Below are positions 20,124 through 30,391 of a stretch of 64,000 nucleotides of DNA, piece by piece. The stretch's first letter is position 1. Every line of letters begins with the position of its first letter. The notes under the pieces were generated by a model. That model made no database searches, was not told the DNA's origin, and saw nothing but the letters and a program-made list of their open reading frames with translations. This DNA comes from Candidatus Latescibacterota bacterium (GTDB lineage Bacteria; Latescibacterota; UBA2968; UBA8231): NCBI GenBank assembly GCA_964291625.2, contig OZ220089.1, positions 3,552,001 to 3,616,000 of the forward strand. Direction: 5' to 3'. The position numbers and the translations under genes were made by a program.

Positions 20124-21624
20124 CCCAGTCCCGGGCCCCGGTCCACTCCTTCTCGAGCCGGCGGGTCTTCTTCTTGGAGAGCCCGCCCAGGACCTCGATC
20201 GCCTCGAGGATCCGGGCCCGCGTCAGGTCGGCGTCGAGGAGCACCATCGACTCGTAGAGGGGCGGCCCCACGGGCTGTCCCATGAGGGCCGCGTAGAGGG
20301 GCCGGGTCAGGTCGCGGATCGGCCAATCGCGGGCGGCGGCGACCTCCTTCAGGGCCGCTTCCACGCCCTCCCGGCCCCAGGGCGCCACCTCCTCCAGGGC
20401 CCAGACGACGCACTGCAGCGCCTCGGCCACCTCGACGGGGGTGCGCTTCTTCGGCACCAGGTCCTCCGGGCGCGGCTCCACCCGCCGGGCGAAGAGGAAG
20501 GCGCACCGCGGCAGGAAGTCGCCCAGGGTCTCCATGCGCGGCTGCATGAGCGGCACGAGGCTGCCGAAGGCGTCGTCGTTGAGGGCCCACTCCCGCAGGG
20601 CGGCGAGCAGCTCCCCCTCGGTCAGGTCCTCGCGGATGTAGCGGCCGTTCAGCCAGCTCAGCTTTTCCAGGTCGAAGACGGACCCGCCCAGGTTGACGCG
20701 CTCCAGCTCGAAACGGGAGGCCAGCTGGTCGAGGCCGAACTTCTCCTCGTCGCTGCCGTCGGCGTGTCGGGCCGGGGGATACGCCATGAGGGCGAGGTAG
20801 TTGAGGACCGCCGCCGGCAGGTACCCGGCGCGGCGGTAGTAGTCGATCGACGTCGGGTTGCGCCGCTTCGACATCTTGGAGCGGTCGGGGTTGAGCAGCA
20901 GCGGCAGGTGGGCGTGGACCGGCGGCTCCCAGCCGAGCCACTCGTAGAGGAGCAGGTGCTTCGGCGTCGAGTTGATCCACTCCTCGCCGCGGATGACGTG
21001 GCTGATCCCCATGAGGTGGTCGTCGACGACGACCGCCAGGTGGTAGGTGGGGAAGCCGTCCGACTTGAGCAGGACCTGGTCGTCGAGGCCGGCGAGGTCG
21101 AAGCGGATCTCCCCCCGCAGCAGGTCCGGCACCACGAGGGCGCCCTCGCGGGGGACCTTCATGCGGACGACACAGGACTCCCCGGCCGCCCGGCGCCGGC
21201 GGCCGTCCCCGGGGTCGGCGTCGCGCTCGGCCTCGTGGGGGGGCGGCTCTCCCGCCTTCTGTCCCTCGGCCCTCCAGGCGGCCAGCTCGGCGGGGGTCGC
21301 GAAGGAGTAGTAGGCGTGTCCTGCTTCGACGAGGCCATCGGCGGCCTCCCGGTAGCGGTCGAGGCGCTCGCTCTGCCGGTAGGGGCCCGCGGCGCCGCCC
21401 ACGATGGGGCCCTCGTCCCAGTCGAGCCCCAGCCAGCGCAGGGCGTCGATGAGGCGGCGCTCGTGGTCGGGGTGGGACCGCGAGCGGTCGGTGTCCTCGA
21501 TGCGCAGGATCAGCCGGCCGCCGTGGCGGCGGGCGTAGAGGCGGTTGAAGAGGGCGATGTAGGCCGTGCCCAGGTGCGGGGCGCCGGTGGGAGAAGGGGC
21601 GACTCGGACGCGAACGTCGGCCAT
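20104..21624 (-). CDS. gltX: Glutamate--tRNA ligase
   Basis: [43 protein letters not shown]. Confidence 0.95.
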   Translation of the reverse strand: MADVRVRVAPSPTGAPHLGTAYIALFNRLYARRHGGRLILRIEDTDRSRSHPDHERRLIDALRWLGLDWDEGPIVGGAAGPYRQSERLDRYREAADGLVEAGHAYYSFATPAELAAWRAEGQKAGEPPPHEAERDADPGDGRRRRAAGESCVVRMKVPREGALVVPDLLRGEIRFDLAGLDDQVLLKSDGFPTYHLAVVVDDHLMGISHVIRGEEWINSTPKHLLLYEWLGWEPPVHAHLPLLLNPDRSKMSKRRNPTSIDYYRRAGYLPAAVLNYLALMAYPPARHADGSDEEKFGLDQLASRFELERVNLGGSVFDLEKLSWLNGRYIREDLTEGELLAALREWALNDDAFGSLVPLMQPRMETLGDFLPRCAFLFARRVEPRPEDLVPKKRTPVEVAEALQCVVWALEEVAPWGREGVEAALKEVAAARDWPIRDLTRPLYAALMGQPVGPPLYESMVLLDADLTRARILEAIEVLGGLSKKKTRRLEKEWTGARDWVSRPAS

Positions 21625-21731
21625 GGCGGGACTCGCGGGAATCGATGTAAGAGGTTATTCCGAAGGGGATGCCAAGATACGGCGACCTCGGGGCGGGGCA
21701 ACGCCCCGGGCCTCCGCTGAACCTCTGGAGG

Positions 21732-21759
21732 TTGCGTAATTTCAGATATTTCATAGTTT
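21732..21759 (+). promoter_or_regulatory. Putative sigma70 promoter for the DEAD-box helicase
   Basis: TTGCGT-16nt-TAGTTT in an AT-rich patch of the divergent gltX/helicase spacer. Confidence 0.4.
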
Positions 21760-21900
21760 TACAGACCGTTCCTCCCTCCCAGCCGGCCCTCCTGTTCCGC
21801 CGGCGCCCCATCCTCTGACGGACTTCCGTCTACGCTCCGTCCCGCCCCTTGCCAAGGGACGCTCAGAGCGAGAGCACGACCGAGAAGGAATCACATCGCC

Positions 21901-23169
21901 TTGAAATTCACGGACCTGGACCTCAAGCCCGAGATCCTGTCGGCCCTCGACGAGATGGGCTACCAGGAGATGACCCCCATCCAGGAGAAGGCCATCCCCA
22001 AAGTCCTCGGGGGCCGCGACGTGGTCGGCCTCGCCGAGACCGGATCGGGCAAGACCTCGGCCTGCGCCATCCCCCTGGTCCACATGACCGACCCGGATCT
22101 CCGGGTCGTGCAGCACCTCGTCCTGGTGCCGACCCGCGAGCTGGCCATGCAGTACGTGCAGGAGATCGACGACGTGGCGCGCCACACCGACGTGGTGCCC
22201 TTCGCCGTCTTCGGCGGTTTCGACATCGGCGTGCAGAAGAGCAAGCTCAACCACGGCGTCCACATCCTCGTGGCCACGCCGGGCCGCCTCATCGACCTGA
22301 TCTGGAACACCCGCATCGACCTGCAGCAGGTGCGCACCGTCGTCCTCGACGAGGCCGACGAGATGCTCGACATGGGCTTCATCGAGGATGTGGACTTCAT
22401 CCTCGCCTGCCTGCTGCAGGAGCACACGGTGCTGTTGTGGTCGGCGACCATGCCGCCGGCGATCGAGAACCTCACCGCCAAGTACCTCAAGGAGCCGGTC
22501 CGGATCGAGCTCAACCGCGACCAGCAGGCCCCCAGCTCGCTGCAGCACCACTTCCTGCACGTGCGCGGCGACCGGGTCGACATGCTCACCGACTTCCTCG
22601 CCGGCGAGGAGGGGATCGACCAGGTGATCGTGTTCTGCAACTCGCGCGACAAAGGGGGAGAGCTGTACCGCAAGGTGCGCCGCTCCCTGCGCTCGGTGGA
22701 GTACATCCACGGCGGCCTCGACCAGGACCGCCGCATCTCGATCTTCGACCGCTTCAAGGGCCGGGAGATCAAGTACATGATCGCCACCGACGTGGCCGGC
22801 CGCGGGCTCGACTTCACCAACGTCAGCCACGTGGTCAACTTCGACTTCCCCTTCAACCCCGAGATCTACGCCCACCGCACCGGCCGCACGGGGCGCATGG
22901 GCCGCACCGGCATCGCCCTCACCCTGGTCACCGACCGCGATCTGGGCAACCTCAAGCGCATCGTCCAGTCCCGGGGCATCGAGCCCCAGTGGCGCGGCCA
23001 CGCGCCCGACCTCAACGCGGTCCGGTCCCGCGGCGGGGGCGGGCGCCGGCGGGGTCGTGGACGCGGCCAGCCCCGGGGTCCATCGGGCCGCCGCCAGGAG
23101 CACCACGGGCCGCCGCACCACCGCGAGCACCACCACGGAGGCCGCGGCGCCGGCCGCCCCTCGCGCTAG
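21901..23169 (+). CDS. DEAD-box ATP-dependent RNA helicase
   Basis: Q motif, AETGSGKT, PTRELA, TPGR, DEAD, SAT, HRTGRTGR; Arg/Gly/His-rich tail; TTG start with AAGGA SD. Confidence 0.95.
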   Translation: MKFTDLDLKPEILSALDEMGYQEMTPIQEKAIPKVLGGRDVVGLAETGSGKTSACAIPLVHMTDPDLRVVQHLVLVPTRELAMQYVQEIDDVARHTDVVPFAVFGGFDIGVQKSKLNHGVHILVATPGRLIDLIWNTRIDLQQVRTVVLDEADEMLDMGFIEDVDFILACLLQEHTVLLWSATMPPAIENLTAKYLKEPVRIELNRDQQAPSSLQHHFLHVRGDRVDMLTDFLAGEEGIDQVIVFCNSRDKGGELYRKVRRSLRSVEYIHGGLDQDRRISIFDRFKGREIKYMIATDVAGRGLDFTNVSHVVNFDFPFNPEIYAHRTGRTGRMGRTGIALTLVTDRDLGNLKRIVQSRGIEPQWRGHAPDLNAVRSRGGGGRRRGRGRGQPRGPSGRRQEHHGPPHHREHHHGGRGAGRPSR

Positions 23170-23340
23170 TCCAACCGCCGCCCTATCTTCGCAAGCGCGG
23201 CACTCTCTCCCCGCAAGACAGCTCTCTCCCTCCCCCGGAGGATCGGGTCCCCCCAACGGCGGGCTCGACCCCGCCCGGCCCATTGCCACGCCCGGCGAAG
23301 GCCCGCCCCGGCCGCTTCCCCGGGCCGCCTGCGGAACGCC

Positions 23341-25197
23341 ATGACGACGACGCAACCCGACCTGTTCACCCCTGCCAAACGCAAGGCCGCCGCCAACGGC
23401 GCCAACGGCTACGACGAGAGCAAGATCAAGACGCTCTCGTCCCTCGAGCACATCCGCCTGCGCACGGGGATGTACATCGGCCGCCTCGGCGACGGCTCCG
23501 ATCCCGACGACGGCATCTACGTGCTGCTCAAGGAGGTGATCGACAACGCCGTCGACGAGTTCTTGATGGGCCACGGACGCAAGGTGGAGGTCGAGATCGA
23601 GGGCGGCGGGGTCCGCGTTCGCGACTACGGCTCCGGCATTCCCCTGGGCAAGCTGGTGGAGTGCGTCTCGGTGATCAACACGGGAGCCAAGTACAACGAC
23701 GACGTCTACCAGTTCTCGGTGGGCCTCAACGGCGTCGGCACCAAGGCGGTGAACGCCCTCTCGCGGCGCTTCCGGGTGGTCTCCTACCGGGCCGGGAGGT
23801 ACGCCGAGGCGGTCTTCGAGTCGGGGGAGCTGAAGAAGGAGACGAAGAGGGGATCGGCCGCCGGCGAGCCCGACGGCACCCTGGTGGAGTTCCGGCCCGA
23901 CCCCGGGATCTTCGACAGCTACGAGTACGACAGCGAGTTCGTCGAGCGGCGGCTGTGGAACTACGCCTGCCTCAACCGCGGGCTCACCCTGGTCCTCAAC
24001 GGCCGCTCCTTCACCTCGAAGAGGGGGCTCCTCGACCTGCTGCGGCGCGAGGTCGGCGACGCCGAGGAGGGGGTGGCCTACGAGCCCGCCCACTACGCCG
24101 GCAAGCATCTCGAGTTCGCCTTCACCCACGTCGACGGCTACGGCGAGACCTACTGGTCCTTCGTCAACGGCCAGTACACATCCGACGGCGGCACCCACCA
24201 GTCGGCCTTCCGCGAGGGTCTGCTGAAGGGGGTGAACGAGTTCTACCGCAGGAGCTTCAACGGCGTCGACGTGCGCGAGGGCATCGCCGGCGTCGTGTCG
24301 GTGCGCCTGAAGGAGCCGGTCTTCGAGTCGCAGACCAAGAACAAGCTGGGCAACACCGACGTTCGCGGCTGGATGGTGAGCGAGGTGAAGGGGGCGGTGG
24401 CCGACTTCCTGCACCGGAACCAGGAGGCGGCCGGGGCCCTCGAGGCGCGCATTCTCAACAACGAGAAGCTGCGCAAGGACCTGAACGCGGTGAAGAAGGA
24501 GGCCCGGGAGAACGCGCGCAAGATCTCCATCAAGAACCCGAACCTGCGCGACTGCAAGTACCACCTCGGCCACCGCAAGCACGGCGACGAGTCGACCCTG
24601 TTCATCACCGAGGGGCAGTCGGCGGCGGGCTCGATCGTCTCCTCCCGCGACCCCAACACGCAGGCGATCTTCGTCATGACGGGCAAGCCGCAGAACGCCT
24701 TCGGCCGCAGCAAGGCCACCGTCTACAAGAACGAGCTGCTCTACAACCTGATGATGGCCCTCGGGGTGGAGGACGGCCTCGACGGCCTGCGCTACAACCG
24801 CGTCGTCCTGGCCACCGACGCCGACGTGGACGGCTTCCACATCCGCAACCTCCTCCTCACCTTCTTCCTCACCTGGTTCGAGGAACTGGTGGTGGCCGGC
24901 CACGTCTACATCCTCGAGACGCCCCTCTTCCGGGTGCGCAACAAGAAGCAGACCCGCTACTGCTACTCCGAGAACGAGCGGGACCGGGCGCTGCGAGAGG
25001 TGAAGGGCGCCGAGGTGACCCGCTTCAAGGGGCTGGGCGAGATCTCGCCGAAGGAGTTCGGGCGGTTCATCGGCGAGGAGATGAAGCTGGTGAAGACGAG
25101 CATCGACAAGATGTCGACGGTGCACCAGACGCTGGAGTTCTACATGGGCAAGAACACGCCCGAGCGCCGCGAGTACATCATGGAGCACATGGTCTGA
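23341..25197 (+). CDS. parE: DNA topoisomerase IV subunit B
   Basis: HIRLRTGMYIG, EVIDNAVDE, GLNGVG, TOPRIM TEGQSA, TDADVDG, TRFKGLGEI. Confidence 0.85.
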   Translation: MTTTQPDLFTPAKRKAAANGANGYDESKIKTLSSLEHIRLRTGMYIGRLGDGSDPDDGIYVLLKEVIDNAVDEFLMGHGRKVEVEIEGGGVRVRDYGSGIPLGKLVECVSVINTGAKYNDDVYQFSVGLNGVGTKAVNALSRRFRVVSYRAGRYAEAVFESGELKKETKRGSAAGEPDGTLVEFRPDPGIFDSYEYDSEFVERRLWNYACLNRGLTLVLNGRSFTSKRGLLDLLRREVGDAEEGVAYEPAHYAGKHLEFAFTHVDGYGETYWSFVNGQYTSDGGTHQSAFREGLLKGVNEFYRRSFNGVDVREGIAGVVSVRLKEPVFESQTKNKLGNTDVRGWMVSEVKGAVADFLHRNQEAAGALEARILNNEKLRKDLNAVKKEARENARKISIKNPNLRDCKYHLGHRKHGDESTLFITEGQSAAGSIVSSRDPNTQAIFVMTGKPQNAFGRSKATVYKNELLYNLMMALGVEDGLDGLRYNRVVLATDADVDGFHIRNLLLTFFLTWFEELVVAGHVYILETPLFRVRNKKQTRYCYSENERDRALREVKGAEVTRFKGLGEISPKEFGRFIGEEMKLVKTSIDKMSTVHQTLEFYMGKNTPERREYIMEHMV

Positions 25198-25209
25198 GGG
25201 AATAGCGCC

Positions 25210-27096
25210 GTGGCCCGGATCCGGCAGATCTACGAGAAGAACTTCATCGAGTACTCCTCCTACGCCATCAAGGAGCGGGCCATCCCGCACCTGGAGGACG
25301 GGCTCAAGCCGGTGCAGCGGCGCATCCTCCACACCCTCCACGAGATCGACGACGGGCGCTTCCACAAGGTGGCCAACGTGGTGGGCCAGTGCATGCGCTA
25401 CCACCCCCACGGCGAGGCGTCGATCTTCTCCGCCCTCATCGTGCTGGCCAACAAGGACCTGGCCATCGACAAGCAGGGCAACTTCGGCAACATCCACACC
25501 GGCGACATGGCCTCGGCGGCGCGCTACATCGAGTGCCGCCTCACCGACATGGCGCGGCAGGTGATCTTCGATCCCAAGGTGACGGAGTACGTCGACTCGT
25601 ACGACGGCCGCAACCGCGAGCCGGTGGTGCTGCCGGTGCGCATCCCCCTGCTGCTGGCCCAGGGGGCCGAGGGCATCGCCCCGACGATGGCGACGAAGGT
25701 CCTGCCCCACAACCTGATCGAGCTCCTCGAGGCGCAGGTGGCGTTCATGAAGGACGAGCCCTTCCAGGTCCTTCCCGACTTCCCCACCGGCGGCCTGGTG
25801 GACGCCTCCGGCTACGACGACGGCAACGGCCGGGTCCTGGTGCGGGCCCGCCTCGACGCCTCCGACGACAAGCGCATCGTCGTCCGCGAGATCCCCTACG
25901 GCTGCACCACCGAGACCCTGATCGCCTCGATCGAGGACGCGGCCCGCAAGAACAAGGTCAAGGTCGCCTCCATCCACGACTTCACCGCCGAGAAGGTGGA
26001 GATCGAGATCAAGCTGCCCCGCGGGGTCTACGCCGCCGACGTGGTCGACTCCCTCTACGCCTTCACCGACTGCGAGACGTCGATCTCCGTGAGCCTCCTC
26101 GTCATCGACGGCGAGCTGCCGCGGATCATGTCGGTCTCCGAGGTCCTGCGCCACAACGTCGACCGCCTCGTGGACGTCCTGCGGGCGCAGCTGCGTGTCG
26201 AGGAGGGGGAGGTGGCCGACCGCCTCCACGCCCGCACCCTGGAGCGGATCTTCATCGAGCACCGGATCTACCAGGCCATCGAGGAGGAGCGCACCCAGGA
26301 AGGGGTGGAGCGGGCCGTCCTCGAGGGGCTGGCGCCGCACCGGGAGAGCATCGGTCGGGAGGTCACCCCCGAGGACGTGGAGGCCCTGCTGCGCATCCCC
26401 ATCCGGCGGATCTCCCTCTACGACATGGAGCGCACCGGCCGCGAGATGCGCGAGCTGGCGGCGCGCCTGAAGCAGATCCGCCGCCACCTGAAGGAGATCG
26501 TGGCCTACGCCATCGGCTACCTGGAGGACCTGATCGAGCGCTACCGGGAGGACTTCCCCCGGCGCACGGAGATCACCTCCTTCGAGCGGGTCGAGGCCCG
26601 CGAGGCCGCCAAGCGCGACCTGCGGCTGTGCTACGACCGGTCCGCCGGCTACCTGGGGCACCAGGTGACGGGCGCCCACGTGGCCGACGTATCCGTCTAC
26701 GACCGCGTCCTCGTGATCCGCGCCGACGGCACCTGGTCGGTGATCGACGCGCCGGACAAGCTCTTCGTCGGCAAGGGCATGGCCTACGCCGGTCTCCCCG
26801 ACAAGGAGCAGGTCTTCACCGCCGTCTTCCGCGACGCCAGGGGCGGCACCTGCATCAAGCGCTGCCGCATCGACTCGTACATCCGCAACCGCAGCTATTC
26901 CCTGGTGCCCGACGGGGCCAGGCTGCTCAAGCTCACCACCGCCGAGGAGGCCACGGTGCAGCTGGTCTACAAGCCGAAGCCGCGGCTGCGCGTGCTGGAG
27001 GAGAGCTTCGCCGTCTCCGACTACCCGGTGCGCGGCCAGCGGGCCGGCGGCATCCGCCTGAGTCCGAAGGAGCTCAAGTCGGTGCGTCTCGGATGA
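25210..27096 (+). CDS. parC: DNA topoisomerase IV subunit A (short C-terminal type)
   Basis: DGLKPVQRRIL, YHPHG, QGNFG, AARY catalytic Tyr; no GyrA box or long CTD. Confidence 0.85.
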   Translation: MARIRQIYEKNFIEYSSYAIKERAIPHLEDGLKPVQRRILHTLHEIDDGRFHKVANVVGQCMRYHPHGEASIFSALIVLANKDLAIDKQGNFGNIHTGDMASAARYIECRLTDMARQVIFDPKVTEYVDSYDGRNREPVVLPVRIPLLLAQGAEGIAPTMATKVLPHNLIELLEAQVAFMKDEPFQVLPDFPTGGLVDASGYDDGNGRVLVRARLDASDDKRIVVREIPYGCTTETLIASIEDAARKNKVKVASIHDFTAEKVEIEIKLPRGVYAADVVDSLYAFTDCETSISVSLLVIDGELPRIMSVSEVLRHNVDRLVDVLRAQLRVEEGEVADRLHARTLERIFIEHRIYQAIEEERTQEGVERAVLEGLAPHRESIGREVTPEDVEALLRIPIRRISLYDMERTGREMRELAARLKQIRRHLKEIVAYAIGYLEDLIERYREDFPRRTEITSFERVEAREAAKRDLRLCYDRSAGYLGHQVTGAHVADVSVYDRVLVIRADGTWSVIDAPDKLFVGKGMAYAGLPDKEQVFTAVFRDARGGTCIKRCRIDSYIRNRSYSLVPDGARLLKLTTAEEATVQLVYKPKPRLRVLEESFAVSDYPVRGQRAGGIRLSPKELKSVRLG

Positions 27097-28907
27097 ACTG
27101 GGACCTCGCCAGCTACTTCCCGAGCTTCGACAGCTCCGAGAGGGACGCCTTCGAGCGCGCCCTGGCCGACGAGCTGCAGGCCCTGCTGCAGCGCGCCTCG
27201 GAGCTGCCCACCCTCGGCGCCGACAACGCCGGCGACTGGGAGTCGGTTCTCGTCGACGTGGAGGAGCTGTCCCGCCGTCTGAGCCACCTGGGCTCCTATC
27301 TCGGGTGCCTGACCGCCGCCGACGCCGCCGACGAGTCCTACAAGAAGGCGGAGGCCGCCTTCGCCCGCACCGCGGCCGAGGCCGAGAAGCTCGAGGTCGA
27401 GCTGCAGCGCGGCCTGAAGCAGGCTTCCGCCGCCGCCGTCGACGGGCTCGCCCGCCGCCCCGCCCTCGACGGCTGCGCCTACCACCTGCGGCGGATGCGC
27501 CAGGAGGCCCGGCGGACCATGAGTCCGGCGGAGGAGCGCCTCTCCGCCGATCTCGGCGTCGACGGCATCCACGCCTGGGGGCGCCTCTACGACACGCTCT
27601 CGGGCAAGCTCGAGTTCGACATGCCCTGGCCCGACGGCCGCCGCGAGCGCCTGCCCATGGCGCAGAGACGCTCCCTCATGTCGCATCCCGACCGCGCCGT
27701 GCGCCGCGCCGCCTTCGAAGGCGGCAACGCCGCCTGGGAGGGGGTTCAGGACGTCGCCGCGGCGGCGATCAACGCCATCTCCGGGACCCGTCTCACCCTC
27801 AACCGCCACCGCGGCGTCGACCACTTCCTCGACACCGCCCTGTTCCAGGCGCGCATCACCCGGCGTTCCCTCGAGGCCCTCTTCGAGGCGATCTACGACC
27901 GCGCCGAGCTCGCGCGCCGCGTCTTCCGCTTCAAGGCGGAGGCCATGGGCGCCCCCGGCGTCGCCTGGTACGACCTGGAGGCGCCGCTTCCCGCCGCCGG
28001 CGAGGAGAAGCACCTCTCGTGGGAGGAGGCGCGCTCGTGGGTGGAGGAGGCCTTCGCCGCCGCCTACCCCGCCCTCGGCGAGTTCACGGCGCAGATGAGC
28101 GAGCGCCGCTGGATCGAGTGGGAGCCCCGGCCCGGCAAGCGGCCGGGGGCGTTCTGCACCGGTTCGCTGCTGACCATGGAGCCGCGGGTGTACATGACCT
28201 TCAACGGCCGCCTCGGCGATGTGCGCACCCTCGCCCACGAGGCCGGTCACGCCTTCCACCACCACCTCCTGCGTCGGACTCGCCCCTTCCTCCACCACTA
28301 CCCCATGACCCTGGCCGAGTCGGCCTCCACCTTCGGGGAGATGATCCTCACCGAGGGCGTCCTCTCCGACCCCGCGGTGAGCGACGAGGACAAGCTCCGC
28401 GTCCTCGACATGGAGGCCGCCCACGGCGCCGTCTATCTCATGGACATTCCGGTGCGCTTCGAGTTCGAGAAGGCCTTCCACGAGGAGCGCCTGGAGGAGG
28501 AGGTCGAGGTCAGCCGCCTGTGCGGGCTCATGGCGCGGACCCAGCGCCGCCTCTTCGGCGACGCCCTGGAGGAGGGCGGCGAGGACCCCCTGTTCTGGGC
28601 CTCCAAGCTGCACTTCTACATCACCAGCCTGACCTTCTACAACTTCCCCTACACCTTCGGCTTCCTCCTCAGCCGCGGGCTCTTCGCCCGCTTCCGCGAG
28701 GAGGGCGCCGCTTTCCTGCCCCGCTACGAGGAGTTCCTGCGGCGCGCGGGCTCCGACTCGGCCGAGAACGTGGCCCGCGAGTCGATCGGCGCCGACCTGG
28801 AGTCGCCCCGGTTCTGGCTGGAGGCGATCGACACCCTCCGGGAGCCGATCGAGCGCATGGAGGAGTTGTGGTCGCGGCAGGCGCCGCGGCCGGGCGGCCG
28901 CAGCTGA
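27093..28907 (+). CDS. pepF: M3 family oligoendopeptidase F
   Basis: MNWDL start, GKRPGAFC, TLAHEAGHAFH (HExxH), MTLAESAS, FYNFPYTFG. Confidence 0.85.
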   Translation: MNWDLASYFPSFDSSERDAFERALADELQALLQRASELPTLGADNAGDWESVLVDVEELSRRLSHLGSYLGCLTAADAADESYKKAEAAFARTAAEAEKLEVELQRGLKQASAAAVDGLARRPALDGCAYHLRRMRQEARRTMSPAEERLSADLGVDGIHAWGRLYDTLSGKLEFDMPWPDGRRERLPMAQRRSLMSHPDRAVRRAAFEGGNAAWEGVQDVAAAAINAISGTRLTLNRHRGVDHFLDTALFQARITRRSLEALFEAIYDRAELARRVFRFKAEAMGAPGVAWYDLEAPLPAAGEEKHLSWEEARSWVEEAFAAAYPALGEFTAQMSERRWIEWEPRPGKRPGAFCTGSLLTMEPRVYMTFNGRLGDVRTLAHEAGHAFHHHLLRRTRPFLHHYPMTLAESASTFGEMILTEGVLSDPAVSDEDKLRVLDMEAAHGAVYLMDIPVRFEFEKAFHEERLEEEVEVSRLCGLMARTQRRLFGDALEEGGEDPLFWASKLHFYITSLTFYNFPYTFGFLLSRGLFARFREEGAAFLPRYEEFLRRAGSDSAENVARESIGADLESPRFWLEAIDTLREPIERMEELWSRQAPRPGGRS

Positions 28908-28941
28908 GGCGGGCCCCCCGCCGGGCCAGGCACGGGGCCGC

Positions 28942-29787
28942 TCAGTTGGGGGAGAACTCCCCGAGCATCTCGCCGCAGTTGTCGCGCAGCTTCGTCAGGG
29001 CGCGGTTGCGCAGCTGGCGCACGCGCTCGCGGGTGACGCCCAGGCAGTCGCCGATCTCCTCGAGGGTCATGGGCTCGGAGCCGCCGAGGCCGAAGTAGGC
29101 GCGCACGATCTCGCCCTCGCGCTCGTCGAGCTGACTCAGGCACGAGGACAGGCGGTCGCGCATCTCGGCCTCCTCGAAGCGGGCGTCGGCGCCGGTCTCG
29201 GGGGCCGCGTAGACCGACAGCAGGGGCGCCGCCTCGCCGGGGTAGGCGGGGGCGTCGAGGGACAGGTCGTGCTGGCCCACGTCCAGGGCGTTGCGGGTGC
29301 GCTCGGCGCTGATGTCGACGCGCTCGGCGATCTCGGCGCTCGTGGGCAAGCGGCCCAGGCTCTGGGCCAGCTGCCCGGCCTCGCGCTCGATCTTCTGGAG
29401 GTCGTTGATCTGGCTCATGGGGGGCCGCGCCACGCGGCCCTGGAGGGCCAGGGCCTTGAGGATCGCCTGCCGGATCCACCACACCGCGTAGGTGATGAAC
29501 TTGAACCCCCGGGTCTCGTCGAAGCGCTTCACCGCCTCCAGGAGGCCCACGTTGCCCTCGGAGATCAGCTCGCCGAGGGAGAGGCCGTAGTCCTTGTAGT
29601 CGCGGGCGACGCTGACCACGAAGCGCAGGTTGGCCTCGATGATCCGCTGCCGAGCACCTTCGTCCCCCCCGCGCAAGCGGGTGAACAGCTCGACCTCGCG
29701 CTCCCGGCTGAGGGGCTCGTTGTCCTTGATCTCGCGCCAGTAGAGCTCGGCGGCGTCGGTGGTGCTCGTGGGCCTGCTGGCGGCCAT
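28942..29787 (-). CDS. Alternative sigma70-family factor (RpoD/RpoS-like, lacking region 1.1)
   Basis: [55 protein letters not shown]; GGAGG SD. Confidence 0.9.
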   Translation of the reverse strand: MAASRPTSTTDAAELYWREIKDNEPLSREREVELFTRLRGGDEGARQRIIEANLRFVVSVARDYKDYGLSLGELISEGNVGLLEAVKRFDETRGFKFITYAVWWIRQAILKALALQGRVARPPMSQINDLQKIEREAGQLAQSLGRLPTSAEIAERVDISAERTRNALDVGQHDLSLDAPAYPGEAAPLLSVYAAPETGADARFEEAEMRDRLSSCLSQLDEREGEIVRAYFGLGGSEPMTLEEIGDCLGVTRERVRQLRNRALTKLRDNCGEMLGEFSPN

Positions 29788-29815
29788 TCCGCCCTCCGAA
29801 TCCTCCAGGATCCAA

Positions 29816-29884
29816 ACCTTAACGTGAACGTACCTTAACGTGAACGTAAAGGTAACAATAGAGAGGGCAGCCGCACATTGGCAA
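29816..29884 (-). promoter_or_regulatory. Promoter plus duplicated palindromic operator upstream of the sigma gene
   Basis: TTGCCA-18nt-TATTGT (minus strand); ACCTTAACGTGAACGT x2 (29816-29847); dyad ACCTTAACGTGAACGTAAAGGT (29832-29853). Confidence 0.7.
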
Positions 29885-29920
29885 GCCCTTCCTGTGGGAC
29901 GCCTCAACGGGTGTATCGGT

Positions 29921-30367
29921 TCACTCGGAATCGGGACGCCGCCGCAGGCTCTTCTTCCGGGACTGGTGCATCTTGGCTTCGCGGCGGCGGGCGATCGCCG
30001 CCCGTCCCGGCCTCGTGCGCCGCCGCGGGGGGCCGGGAGGACGCAGGGCTTCGGCCATGAGGGCCTGGAAGCGCTCGATGCAGTGGAGGCGGTTGCGGGT
30101 CTGGGACCGGTGCCGGGAGGAGGCGACCACCAGCTCGCCGGCGCGGTTGAGGCGGTCTGCCAGCCGGGCCAGGGCGCGTTGGCGCAGCTCGACGGGGAGA
30201 CGGGGACAGGCCGCCACGTCGAAGCGCAGCTCGACGCGGGTGTTGACCTTGTTCACGTGCTGCCCCCCGGGGCCGGGGCTGCGGCTGAAGGAGAACCGCA
30301 GCTCGGAGAGGGGCAGGCGGACGCCCCCCGGAAGGTCGATCCCGTCGCGGCTCTGGAGAGGTTCCAT
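29921..30367 (-). CDS. arfB: Alternative ribosome rescue peptidyl-tRNA hydrolase
   Basis: [23 protein letters not shown], basic C-terminal tail. Confidence 0.9.
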   Translation of the reverse strand: MEPLQSRDGIDLPGGVRLPLSELRFSFSRSPGPGGQHVNKVNTRVELRFDVAACPRLPVELRQRALARLADRLNRAGELVVASSRHRSQTRNRLHCIERFQALMAEALRPPGPPRRRTRPGRAAIARRREAKMHQSRKKSLRRRPDSE

Positions 30368-30391
30368 GGGCGGTATCTATACTATCCCGTC

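Noticed and set aside
21751-26679. Very long antisense or alternate-frame ORFs (e.g. 21751-26679 minus, 38912-43744 plus, 6258-8909 plus)
   Set aside because: Shadow ORFs of real genes caused by high-GC codon bias; no recognisable motifs.
23341-27096. Calling the type II topoisomerase pair gyrB/gyrA
   Set aside because: The short A subunit without GyrA box and the divergent B subunit fit topo IV.
25389-28907. 1172-aa ORF suggesting a fusion upstream of pepF
   Set aside because: The N-terminal part is an off-frame read of parC; the real start is ATG 27093 overlapping the parC stop.
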